From positions 13,700 to 77,699 of the forward strand of contig JAZDCY010000033.1 in assembly GCA_036679645.1 (NCBI GenBank): a stretch of DNA of 64,000 bases, written 5' to 3'. Below are positions 47,294 through 56,793 of the stretch, one piece after another (within the stretch, counting starts at the first letter, position 1; each line of letters opens with the position of its first letter). The notes under the pieces are model-generated. The model did not search any database. It was not told where the DNA came from and saw only the letters and a program-made list of their open reading frames with translations. The position numbers were made by a program, and so were the translations under genes. This stretch comes from Gemmatimonadota bacterium. GTDB taxonomy: Bacteria > Gemmatimonadota > Gemmatimonadetes > Gemmatimonadales > GWC2-71-9.

Positions 47294-48517
47294 ATGAGCA
47301 AGAACGTCGCTATCGCGGTCGGTCTCGTGCTGGGTCTGGGCCTCGGACTGGCCGCCGCTGGCACCCAATCTACGGCACTCCTGAAGCTGGCCGATGGAGT
47401 TGCACCACTGGGCGAAGCATTCATCAATCTGATCAAGGTTGTGGTGGTCCCGCTCGTTGCCGCGACGCTCTTTACCGGTGTAGCTAACCTGGGCAGTTTC
47501 CGTCAGTTAGGCCGACTGGGCGGCATGGCGCTCGCGTTCTATTGGGGAACGACGATCGTCGCCATCACGATGGGGATGGCCATCACCGCGGCGGCGCTGC
47601 CGCTCGCGGGACCCGCTGGAACCCTCCAACCATCCGGCGAGTTCGTGGCACCCGACATTCCCGGCTTCACGGAATTCCTGGTGAACCTGGTGCCGTCAAA
47701 CGTGTTCGCCGTCGCGGCCGAGGGCGCGCTGCTCCCGCTAATGGTCTTCACCGTGCTGTTCGGTGCGGCCGCCGGTGCGCTGCCACCGCCTGAGAAACGG
47801 CGTCTGCTGGATCTCGTCGATGCGCTCACGAAGGCCCTGATCACGCTCGTGCACTGGATTCTCTGGACCGCACCGGTCGGCGTGTTTGCGCTCGCGGCAC
47901 CGGTCACCGCCAAGACGGGCTTCGACCTGCTGCGGAACCTGGGAGTCTTCGTGGGCGCCGTTGCAGTGGGGCTCCTGTGTTTCGTAGCCCTTGTTTACCT
48001 GCCGGCCGTGAAAATTATTGGCAAGACGAACGTGCGGCGTTTCCTCCCGGCCAATCTCGGGACTGTAACCATTGCCTTCTCGACCACCAGCACAGCCGCT
48101 ACGTTGCCGGCCATGTTCGAGGCCGCCGAAGACCGGTTAGGCGTATCCCGCACGGTTACCAGTTTCGTACTGCCACTCGGCGCCGCCCTCAATCGGGCGG
48201 GAAGCGCGCTCTTTCAGGGGTCGGCTATCGTCTTTCTTGCGCATCTGTACGGCGTGGACGTCGCGGCCACCGCAATAGGCGGCGCGATCGTTGCGACCTT
48301 TCTCGTGGCCCTCACCGTCGCCGGCGTGCCCAGCGCGAGCGTCATGACCCTGCCCCCCGCATTAGCGACGGTCGGTATCCCGCTGGACGGCATCGGCATC
48401 CTCCTCGGCGTAGATCGCATCCCGGACATGTTGCGCACGGCGGTGAACGCTACGGGTGACGTGGCCGCGTGTGTCATCCTCAAAAGCTCCGTCGGGGCCG
48501 CTCAATCACAGGAGTGA
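47294..48517 (+). CDS. Dicarboxylate/amino acid:cation symporter
   Basis: AFSTTSTAATLP, LPLG..LN..G, DRI.DM.RTAVN.TGD. Confidence 0.93.
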   Translation: MSKNVAIAVGLVLGLGLGLAAAGTQSTALLKLADGVAPLGEAFINLIKVVVVPLVAATLFTGVANLGSFRQLGRLGGMALAFYWGTTIVAITMGMAITAAALPLAGPAGTLQPSGEFVAPDIPGFTEFLVNLVPSNVFAVAAEGALLPLMVFTVLFGAAAGALPPPEKRRLLDLVDALTKALITLVHWILWTAPVGVFALAAPVTAKTGFDLLRNLGVFVGAVAVGLLCFVALVYLPAVKIIGKTNVRRFLPANLGTVTIAFSTTSTAATLPAMFEAAEDRLGVSRTVTSFVLPLGAALNRAGSALFQGSAIVFLAHLYGVDVAATAIGGAIVATFLVALTVAGVPSASVMTLPPALATVGIPLDGIGILLGVDRIPDMLRTAVNATGDVAACVILKSSVGAAQSQE

Positions 48518-49338
48518 CACAGGTCATTCGGCTGGTTTCCGTCAATATCTGGGACCTGCCCATCCACGTACCGTTCGGTGACCGTCACGGACGTCGCCGG
48601 CACCTGCTCGCGCAGCTCCCACAACTCGACGCGGATCTCGTGTTGATCCAAGAGGCGTTTCGGCCGGCGTTCCGCGCGCGCTTGCACGAGCAGATGGCGT
48701 ACTCCTACTGGGCGCCGGACCCGGACACATCGCGGCGCGTCCTGTGGATGCACATGGATCGACACGGCGGCCTGATGACCTTCTCTCGCTGGCCCATTGA
48801 GCGAACGACGTTCCAACTCTGGCGTTCGCCACCGCGCATGCGAATCGACGAGCGGATTGGCGGCAAGGGCTGCCTCTGGACCCGCATCGCAACACCTGCC
48901 GGGGCGCTGCTGGTAGGCCACGTCCACATGTACGCGGGCAACGCCGCGCGCGACGCGCGTGCGCGCTGGGGGCAAACGCGCGAGCTACTGACCCGAGGTG
49001 CGATCGATAGCACGTTGCCGACGTTGCTCATGGGCGACTTCAACATGGCCCGAGACGTGGAAACCACGCTGCGCAAGGATACCGGGTTCGATCTCTTGGA
49101 CGATGACGGGTTCGAGGAGATCGCGGGGGGGTATACGGGCGATCTTGCGACGATGGCACCGCGCCGGAACCGTTACGCCGCGTTCGTGCAGCGCGTGCGT
49201 CGCGGGCGCCGTCCGACTCAAGTGTTCTTCCGGGGCCTGCATCCGGGACCTCCGCCGCCACGCATCTGCCTCGACGATCCTCCCGTGTCCGACCACTTCG
49301 GCCTGGCGGCCGAATTGCGAATGACGAATGTCCAATGA
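48514..49338 (+). CDS. Endonuclease/exonuclease/phosphatase family protein
   Basis: VNIW, IQE, GDFN, SDH. Confidence 0.88.
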   Translation: MTQVIRLVSVNIWDLPIHVPFGDRHGRRRHLLAQLPQLDADLVLIQEAFRPAFRARLHEQMAYSYWAPDPDTSRRVLWMHMDRHGGLMTFSRWPIERTTFQLWRSPPRMRIDERIGGKGCLWTRIATPAGALLVGHVHMYAGNAARDARARWGQTRELLTRGAIDSTLPTLLMGDFNMARDVETTLRKDTGFDLLDDDGFEEIAGGYTGDLATMAPRRNRYAAFVQRVRRGRRPTQVFFRGLHPGPPPPRICLDDPPVSDHFGLAAELRMTNVQ

Positions 49339-49354
49339 TGAATTACGAATGTCG
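49312..49354. repeat. Degenerate heptamer array (GAATGAC-like)x6
   Basis: gaattgc gaatgac gaatgtc caatgat gaattac gaatgtc. Confidence 0.75.
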
Positions 49355-49365
49355 AGGGTGCTGCC

Positions 49366-49731
49366 GTGCTCCTGCGCCTCCTCGCTGATACGCTCGTCGC
49401 CGTCCACTTCGCCTTCGTGCTGTTCGTCGTGTTCGGCGGGTTCCTCACCTGGCGTTGGCAACGTGCCGCGTGGATCCACCTGCCGGCGGCGGCATGGGGC
49501 GCGCTCATCGAGTTCATGGGATGGATTTGTCCGCTCACGCCGCTCGAGAACACGCTTCGACGCCAGGCGGGTGAAGCAGGGTACACGGGCGGGTTCATCG
49601 AGAACTACGTCATACCGATCGTCTATCCGGCGGGACTCACCCGCAACGTGCAGTTGATGCTCGGTGTGCTGGTAGTGGCGGTGAATCTGGTAGCGTATTG
49701 GGGGTTGGCGAGAAGACGAAGAGGAGACTGA
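49366..49731 (+). CDS. DUF2784 membrane protein
   Basis: HFAFVLFVVFGG, HLPA..WG, CPLTPLEN. Confidence 0.92.
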   Translation: MLLRLLADTLVAVHFAFVLFVVFGGFLTWRWQRAAWIHLPAAAWGALIEFMGWICPLTPLENTLRRQAGEAGYTGGFIENYVIPIVYPAGLTRNVQLMLGVLVVAVNLVAYWGLARRRRGD

Positions 49732-49745
49732 CTTATCTTCCGACC

Positions 49746-51620
49746 ATGCCAAACACTCTCCCCCCACTGATCCCCCGTGACGTGCTCTTCGGCAACCCGG
49801 AACGGGCGTCCCCCCAGATCTCGCCCGACGGCCGTCGCCTAGCGTACTTGGCACCACTGGACGGCGTCCTGAACGTCTGGGTCGGCCCCACCGGTGGAGA
49901 TGCATATGAACCGGTCACCCATGATGCGGATCGCGGCGTGCGCGTCTATTTCTGGGCGCACGACGGACGGCACCTGATCTACCTGCAGGACAAGGGGGGC
50001 GACGAGAACTGGCGGCTGCATTCGGTCAATCTGGAGAGCGGGACCGAACACGACCTGACCCCATTCGAGAAGGTACAGGTCAACATCCTCGCTCACCGCA
50101 AGCAGCACCCGCACGAGATCCTGTTCGCCATGAACAAGGACGACGAGCAGTTGCACGATGTCTACCATCTCGACTTGCGCACGAACGAGATACAGCAGGT
50201 CGAAAAGAACCCGGGCGATGTGATGGGCTGGATTGCGGATGTCGACTTGCGGGTGGCCGCGTGTGTTGCCATGACACCCGATGGCGGCTCGACGCTTCGT
50301 GTTCGCGACGGCGAGGCCGAATGGCGTGACGCAGTCACGTGGACCCCCGAAGACGCTCTGACGTCCGGCCCCGTCGGATTCTCGCTGGATGGCGCCACCC
50401 TTTACCTGGACGAATCCCGGGACGCAAACACGTCACGCCTCGTCGCCCTCGACGTCGCAACGGGCGACACGCGCGTGATCGCCGAGGACCCACGTTACGA
50501 CGTGGGCGGACTCCTCATGCATCCCGATACCCGTGAGATCCAGATGGTGGCGTTCGTGCGCGCGCGGCAGGAATGGACCGTGCTCGACGCCACGATCGCG
50601 GAGGACATCGAGCGCATTCGCGCGCTGCACCCCGGCGATTTCGACATCACCGATCGCACACACGACGACCGCACCTGGGTGGTTGGCTTCAACGCGGCGA
50701 GTCAATCGGTGTCGTTCTATCTGTTCGACCGCGCGACCGGAGAAGGCACGTACCTGTTTCACACGCGTCCCTCGCTCGCCGAGTACGACCTGGCGGACAT
50801 GGAGCCCATTGCCTTCGACGCGCGGGACGGGCTCCGGATCGAGGGCTACCTCACGCTGCCCCCCGGTGCGGAGCGCACGAACCTCCCGACCGTACTGCTG
50901 GTCCACGGCGGACCCTGGCACCGCGACGTGTGGGGCTACGATCCAGAGGCGCAGTGGCTCGCCAACCGCGGGTATGCGTGCCTTCAGGTGAACTTCCGCG
51001 GGTCGACGGGCTACGGTAAGGATTTCGTGAACGCCGGTGACCGCGAGTGGGGCGCCAAGATGCACGACGATCTCGTCGATGCGGTGCGGTGGATCGTCGG
51101 CCAGGGCATTGCCAATGCAGACCGCATCGCGATCTACGGCGGGTCGTATGGCGGGTACGCGGCGCTGGCGGGTGCGACGTTCACGCCCGATCTGTTCTGC
51201 TGCGCGGTCGACATCGTCGGACCCAGCAACCTGATCACGTTCATCCAGACGATCCCGCCGTATTGGACAACGTTCCTCGGCATGCTGCACCGGCGCGTGG
51301 GCAATCCCGAGACGGATGAGGAGTTCCTGACGTCCAGGTCGCCTCTCACGTATGTCGACCGCATTCAGATCCCCCTGTTGATCGCGCAGGGTGCGAACGA
51401 TCCGCGGGTCAAGCAATCAGAAGCGGAGCAGATCGTGGCCGCGATGGAGAAGAAGGGGATTCCCCACGAGTACATGCTGTTTGAGGATGAGGGACACGGG
51501 TTTGCCAAACCGGAGAGCCGGCTCCGGTTCTACACGGCGGCGGAGCGCTTCCTTGCGCAGCACCTCGGCGGGCGGTATGAACAAGCGACGGAGCCAGAAC
51601 CCGAGGAGAGGTCAGCATGA
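49746..51620 (+). CDS. S9 family peptidase
   Basis: Beta-propeller; HGGP, GGSYGG, NDPRV, EGHG. Confidence 0.95.
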   Translation: MPNTLPPLIPRDVLFGNPERASPQISPDGRRLAYLAPLDGVLNVWVGPTGGDAYEPVTHDADRGVRVYFWAHDGRHLIYLQDKGGDENWRLHSVNLESGTEHDLTPFEKVQVNILAHRKQHPHEILFAMNKDDEQLHDVYHLDLRTNEIQQVEKNPGDVMGWIADVDLRVAACVAMTPDGGSTLRVRDGEAEWRDAVTWTPEDALTSGPVGFSLDGATLYLDESRDANTSRLVALDVATGDTRVIAEDPRYDVGGLLMHPDTREIQMVAFVRARQEWTVLDATIAEDIERIRALHPGDFDITDRTHDDRTWVVGFNAASQSVSFYLFDRATGEGTYLFHTRPSLAEYDLADMEPIAFDARDGLRIEGYLTLPPGAERTNLPTVLLVHGGPWHRDVWGYDPEAQWLANRGYACLQVNFRGSTGYGKDFVNAGDREWGAKMHDDLVDAVRWIVGQGIANADRIAIYGGSYGGYAALAGATFTPDLFCCAVDIVGPSNLITFIQTIPPYWTTFLGMLHRRVGNPETDEEFLTSRSPLTYVDRIQIPLLIAQGANDPRVKQSEAEQIVAAMEKKGIPHEYMLFEDEGHGFAKPESRLRFYTAAERFLAQHLGGRYEQATEPEPEERSA

Positions 51621-51676
51621 CGGGCGCGGAAGCCGCGGCGTTCTACACGAAGACGAAAGAACCTCTGTAGTGATCC

Positions 51677-53071
51677 ATGGCCATCACAATTCTCGCCATC
51701 GGCCTGCTCGTCTTCGTCGGGCATTTTCTCGCGGGGTTCTTCGAGCGCACGAAGGTGCCAGACGTGCTCATTCTCATGCTCGCGGGGATCGTGCTCGGTC
51801 CGGTGCTCGGCGTGGTCGAGTCACGCGACTTCGGACGCGTAGGAGATGTCTTCGCCACCCTGGCCCTGATCATCATCCTCTTCGAGGGCGGGATCCACCT
51901 CAACCTGCGGCATCTAGCGGCTGCCGCCGCGGATACGTTGACCGTCTCGCTCGCCACGATGGCGGTGACCGTCATGTCGCTTGCCTTGCTCGGCGAACTG
52001 TTATTGGGCATCGATTTCCCGACGGCGCTGCTCGTTGCGACCGTGCTGGGCGGGACATCATCGGCGGTCGTGGTGCCGCTGCTGCGCACGCTCAAACTGA
52101 GTGCGACACCGAGCACCGTGCTGTTTCTCGAATCGTCCATCACAGACGTGCTCGTCATCGTGCTCACTTTGGGTCTCATCCAAGGCATGCGCACGGGACT
52201 CGGTGGCGCGGGAATGGATGGCGCGGGCCTCACACTCGGCGTGGTGGGCTCGTTCGTGTGGGCGGGGCTCATCGGTGCGGCGGGCGCCTTCGTGTGGTCG
52301 GCGTTGCTGGACAAGGTAAGGCAGCTACCGAACACGGTGTTCACGACGATCGCATACGTGTTCATTCTCTTCGGCATCGCCGAGTTGTCCGGTTACAGCG
52401 GCGCTATCGCGGCTCTGGCATTCGGGATTGCCGTCGCGAACTTTCCCAACATTCCGGAACGGTTCTTCGGCAAGGTCTTTAGTTTCCGACTCGCCGCCTT
52501 TGCGGATCACGAACGGGCATTCTTTGCGGAAGCGGTCTTTCTCGTCAAGACATTCTTTTTCGTCTTCCTCGGCGTGTCCATGTCGTTCGCGGATCGGCGC
52601 GCGGTCGTGGCAGGCGTGTTGCTCGCCGTAGTGATATTTCTGGTCCGCACCGTCATCATGCGGCTCGTGGGACCGGCAAGCGCGTCGCGGCGTGACGCTG
52701 CCCTCATGACCGCGCTGGTACCAAAGGGTCTCGCCGCCGCCGTGCTCGCGTCGCTGCCGCTCCAGGCGGGGCTGCCCGGTGCAGAGATCGTCCAGGCCAC
52801 CGTCTACGCCGTGGTGTTCTTTACGATCGTGTTCAGCGCGGCTCTGGTGATTGCGGTCGAGCGTGGCTGGCTGGACCCGGTTACGGCATTCTGGTACGCG
52901 AAGTACCCACTCCAGGTCGCACCCTCCGACGCACAGGTGCGCACCTCGCGACAGATCATGCAACAGAGTCTCGTGGTGGCGGACTTGGCCGGTCTCCAGG
53001 AACCCAACCCGATCCCCGATCTCGGGACCCCGCAAGCAGGCGACGCGCCGGCAGAGGAAAGCGAGTCGTAG
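51677..53071 (+). CDS. Cation:proton antiporter (CPA)
   Basis: IILFEGG, ESSITD, PKGLAAAVLA. Confidence 0.9.
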   Translation: MAITILAIGLLVFVGHFLAGFFERTKVPDVLILMLAGIVLGPVLGVVESRDFGRVGDVFATLALIIILFEGGIHLNLRHLAAAAADTLTVSLATMAVTVMSLALLGELLLGIDFPTALLVATVLGGTSSAVVVPLLRTLKLSATPSTVLFLESSITDVLVIVLTLGLIQGMRTGLGGAGMDGAGLTLGVVGSFVWAGLIGAAGAFVWSALLDKVRQLPNTVFTTIAYVFILFGIAELSGYSGAIAALAFGIAVANFPNIPERFFGKVFSFRLAAFADHERAFFAEAVFLVKTFFFVFLGVSMSFADRRAVVAGVLLAVVIFLVRTVIMRLVGPASASRRDAALMTALVPKGLAAAVLASLPLQAGLPGAEIVQATVYAVVFFTIVFSAALVIAVERGWLDPVTAFWYAKYPLQVAPSDAQVRTSRQIMQQSLVVADLAGLQEPNPIPDLGTPQAGDAPAEESES

Positions 53072-53073
53072 GC

Positions 53074-53598
53074 GTGTCCGGTAGTATCCGCATCCACTAT
53101 CATCGTCCCGGCAAAGGGACAACGATTCTCGACGAGCAGCTCGTGCTCGACAGGGCTGACGTCAAGGTCACGTTGCTCCCGGCGTTCTCCGAAGATGATG
53201 TACGGGTTGGTCGCGACATTATTCTCGCCCGTGATGCGCCGGTCGTGTGGTATGTGTTCCCATCCTCGTGGCGCGATGTCGGTCGGTTTCATCTCGCGGA
53301 CGGGACGTTCACCGGCTGGTACACCAACCTGCGCTACCCGATGACGATCGAGGGATTGGATTGGTCGTGTACGGATCTGTTCCTCGACCACTGGCAGCCG
53401 AGCAGTGGCCCGGGGATCTGGCTGGATGAGGATGAATTTGGTGACGCCTTCACCAACGGGCTGATCACCGAGGACGCCCGCACACGCGTTCTGACGGAAC
53501 GGGCCGAGATCGAGGAGGGTCTGCAGAACGGTTCATGGCCGCCTCCCATCACGCGGGAGATCGACCTCGCCGGCGCCCGGGCGGCACTCGCCGGCTAG
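53074..53598 (+). CDS. DUF402 family protein
   Basis: GWY.N, DLFLD, LDEDE. Confidence 0.85.
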   Translation: MSGSIRIHYHRPGKGTTILDEQLVLDRADVKVTLLPAFSEDDVRVGRDIILARDAPVVWYVFPSSWRDVGRFHLADGTFTGWYTNLRYPMTIEGLDWSCTDLFLDHWQPSSGPGIWLDEDEFGDAFTNGLITEDARTRVLTERAEIEEGLQNGSWPPPITREIDLAGARAALAG

Positions 53599-53727
53599 CA
53601 CAAACACACATCGCCGCGACGCCGATTACGGCGCAAAGGCATCACCCGGCGGGCAAACGCGTTCCTTTCGCACCGCCCGCGTTCTTGCGGTACCACATCG
53701 TGGCCCCGGGACTCGTAGCGTCGGCGC

Positions 53728-56700
53728 ATGCTCCGCACGCGCGTTACGTCAGTGCGCTCCGTCCACGACTGCTCTGCCCTCTTCGCCGAACTCGGCTACC
53801 AGCCGACCGATACGCCGTTCGACGCAGGCTGGACCATCGTGGCACGCTGGCAGCGATTCCCTGTGATCGCGGCCGACGCCGCGGCACCTCGGGAAGTTGC
53901 GCGTACAATGGCGCGGTCGCTATCTGGATCCGCGCGTACGGGGCTGGTCGTCGCGATCCAGAGCGGGCAAGAGTTGGTCTTGGCTACGCCGCGGGTCGGG
54001 CACGTTGGGTGCAGTCGCATCCTCACCATCTCCACCTCGAGCCCGGGCCACTTCGCGCTCCAGCAACTCGAAGCCCTTCGGCCCAGACACGAGAGCAACT
54101 CGCTCACGCACGCACTCCGAGTCCTCGATGTCCTGGAAAGCGAGGAGGTGGGCGAACGGTTCTTCACCGCCTTTCGCACCATCCATCTCCGAATGAGCGC
54201 GTTCCTGAATGACAGGGGGACCGCCGATGAACGATCCCTCATGGCGTTACTCACGCTGACGCGCGTCCTGTTTCTCTATTTCGTCCAGGCCAAGGGATGG
54301 CTCGACGGTCGTGCTGACTACCTGAAACAACTCTTGGACACCGCCCTTTCGCGCCGGCAGCCCTTTCATCGTGACGTGCTCCACCCGCTGTTCTTCGGCA
54401 CGCTCAACCGTGCGCCCGCAGAGCGCGAGACGCATGCCGGCCTCGGCGCGGTTCCCTACCTCAACGGCGGTCTCTTCGAACCCCATCCCGTCGAACGCCG
54501 TCTGGGCCACGCGCTGTTTCCAAACCGGCTCTGGCGCGATGCGTTCGATGATCTGTTCGAGCACTACAAATTCTGCGTGCGCGAGGACGACGAGGTCGGC
54601 GCCATCGCGCCGGACATGCTCGGCCGCGTGTTCGAACGCATCATGAGCGCCGAGGAACGTCACGCCACCGGTACCTACTACACACCGGAGTCGGTAGTCC
54701 GTGACCTGGTGCGCGCTACCGTCGCCACGGCGCTCACCAGCGATGACATCGGGCAAGACGTCGCTCACCGCGTTGTCCGCGCGCAACCGATCCCAACTGC
54801 GCTCGCTCGCGTTGTCCGCCACGCGCTCGCGCACCTCACCGTACTCGACCCCGCGGTCGGGTCGGGGGCATTCCTGTTGGGTGCTCTGGAGTGTCTCACC
54901 GAAGCGCATGTCGCACTCCAGCGGCGCGTTTCGCCTCGAACGAGATGGAAGCTGCGTCGGCGCATCTTGCAGCAGAACCTCTTTGGCGTCGACATCAGCC
55001 CCGTAGCGGTGCGGCTTGCCGAGCTGCGGCTGTGGTTGGCGGTTGTCGCCGACGACCCCACTGCCGACCCTACCCGCGTCACGCCGTTGCCCAACCTGGA
55101 CGGCATCGTGCGCCAGGGCGACTCCCTGCTCGATCCGGTCGGCGCGGTTCGTGCACTCGGCGTTATCACACGCAAGCCGGCGGCGGCGCGCGATGTCGAC
55201 AGTGCACGCGCTCATCTCTTCAACGCGCGCGGTGCGCACCGGACCGCCGCGGAACACGACCTGCGCAACGCGGAACATCGACTCGCACACGAGGCCCTCG
55301 CAATGGCGCAGGCACAAACGCGCCAGGCGCTACGTGAACTCGCGGCGCTGGCGCGAGGCCGCGACCTCTTTGGTCACCGTACCGGCTTCACTGAACCGCA
55401 ACGCCGGCGACATCGCGCCCTCAAGCGACGAGTGGCGGAACTCCGTGAGATGGCCCGACGCGTCGCGACCGGGGAGGTACCGTTCTTTTCCTTCGAGGTC
55501 CATCGGCCAGATGTGATCGCGCGCGGTGGCTTTTCGGCCGTGCTCGGTAATCCACCCTGGGTGCGCGCCGAGCGCCTTCCGGAGGCAAAACGCCAGGCAT
55601 TGAAGGACCGGTTCGGGTGGTGGCGATCGGGACCGACACGGGGTTTCGGGCATCTCCCCGATCTCTCCGTTGCGTTCCTCGAGCGCGCGCTCGAACTCGT
55701 GGCACCCGACGGGGCGGTCGGGTTGCTCGTGCCCAGCAAGATCACATCGGCAGGCTATGGCGGGGCGGCGCGCAGCGCGCTGGTCCGTGAGACGACCATC
55801 GCGTACCTGCAGCGAATTCCTGATCGCGCCGCTGCGCGGTTTCAGGCAACGACGTACCCGCTTGCGATCGTGGTCAAGAACCGCAAGCCCCAACCCACAC
55901 ATGCGGTGGCACTCGATTTCTCCGGTACGCGTTCCGTGCGCCAGCACTCTCTCGCCGCGTCGGGCCCCTGGATCCTGCTGCCCGCGCGCGCGCAACGCGC
56001 CATCGCCAGGTTCCTCGAGTCAGGCATCCCCCTGAGCGGGCTGGCCCGCCCCGCGCTGGGTGTCAAAACGGGCGCCGATGCAATCTTCGTGGGTAAGGTC
56101 GCTCGCGAAGGCCGGCGAGCGAGTACGCTGCAGGTTGACGACGGGGAGTTCGAGATCGAAACAGACTTGCTGCGTGCGAGCATTCGGGGTCGCGACGTCC
56201 GTCCATTTTCCATCGCACCGACGCGTAGCATCATATGGGCACTCGACGCCGCTGGCGAGCCACACAAGGCTCTGCCGCCGCTTGCCGCGCGCTACTTTCG
56301 CGAGCGGCGGCAACGGCTCGACTCGCGCGCAGATCACGCCGGCGGTCCGCCATGGACGCTATTCCGGGTACGGACGGCGTCCGCCGGTTGGCGTGTCGTC
56401 TGGCCGGATATAGCACGCCGACCCACCGCCGCAGTGCTCGACCCGGAGAATCGGGCCGTGCCACTCAATACGTGTTACGTCGTGTGCGTCCCCGATCGCG
56501 AGGCGGCGGTCACCGTCGCCGCAACACTCAACTCCACTTGGGCCCATGCGCTGGTTCGCGCGCTCGCCGACGAGGCGCGCGGCGGATACCGCCGTCACAA
56601 CGCGGCTGTGATCGGGCGCATGCCCGTTCCCCTTCCCGGCAGAGCTCGACGGGCGGTCGTACGACTCGGCACCCGCGCTCAAGAGACCGGACATGTCGAT

Positions 56701-56793
56701 CAAGACGCGCTCGACCGCGAAGTGGCGCGCGCCCTCGCGTTGCCACCCCGCACCTGCGCCGACCTCGCCGCGCTGGCCCGCGATTCCGGCTAG
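53728..56793 (+). CDS. Large N6-adenine DNA methyltransferase (Eco57I/type IIG-like)
   Basis: YLNGGLF, GTYYTP, DPAVGSGAF, GNPPW, TaqI_C-like tail. Confidence 0.88.
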   Translation: MLRTRVTSVRSVHDCSALFAELGYQPTDTPFDAGWTIVARWQRFPVIAADAAAPREVARTMARSLSGSARTGLVVAIQSGQELVLATPRVGHVGCSRILTISTSSPGHFALQQLEALRPRHESNSLTHALRVLDVLESEEVGERFFTAFRTIHLRMSAFLNDRGTADERSLMALLTLTRVLFLYFVQAKGWLDGRADYLKQLLDTALSRRQPFHRDVLHPLFFGTLNRAPAERETHAGLGAVPYLNGGLFEPHPVERRLGHALFPNRLWRDAFDDLFEHYKFCVREDDEVGAIAPDMLGRVFERIMSAEERHATGTYYTPESVVRDLVRATVATALTSDDIGQDVAHRVVRAQPIPTALARVVRHALAHLTVLDPAVGSGAFLLGALECLTEAHVALQRRVSPRTRWKLRRRILQQNLFGVDISPVAVRLAELRLWLAVVADDPTADPTRVTPLPNLDGIVRQGDSLLDPVGAVRALGVITRKPAAARDVDSARAHLFNARGAHRTAAEHDLRNAEHRLAHEALAMAQAQTRQALRELAALARGRDLFGHRTGFTEPQRRRHRALKRRVAELREMARRVATGEVPFFSFEVHRPDVIARGGFSAVLGNPPWVRAERLPEAKRQALKDRFGWWRSGPTRGFGHLPDLSVAFLERALELVAPDGAVGLLVPSKITSAGYGGAARSALVRETTIAYLQRIPDRAAARFQATTYPLAIVVKNRKPQPTHAVALDFSGTRSVRQHSLAASGPWILLPARAQRAIARFLESGIPLSGLARPALGVKTGADAIFVGKVAREGRRASTLQVDDGEFEIETDLLRASIRGRDVRPFSIAPTRSIIWALDAAGEPHKALPPLAARYFRERRQRLDSRADHAGGPPWTLFRVRTASAGWRVVWPDIARRPTAAVLDPENRAVPLNTCYVVCVPDREAAVTVAATLNSTWAHALVRALADEARGGYRRHNAAVIGRMPVPLPGRARRAVVRLGTRAQETGHVDQDALDREVARALALPPRTCADLAALARDSG

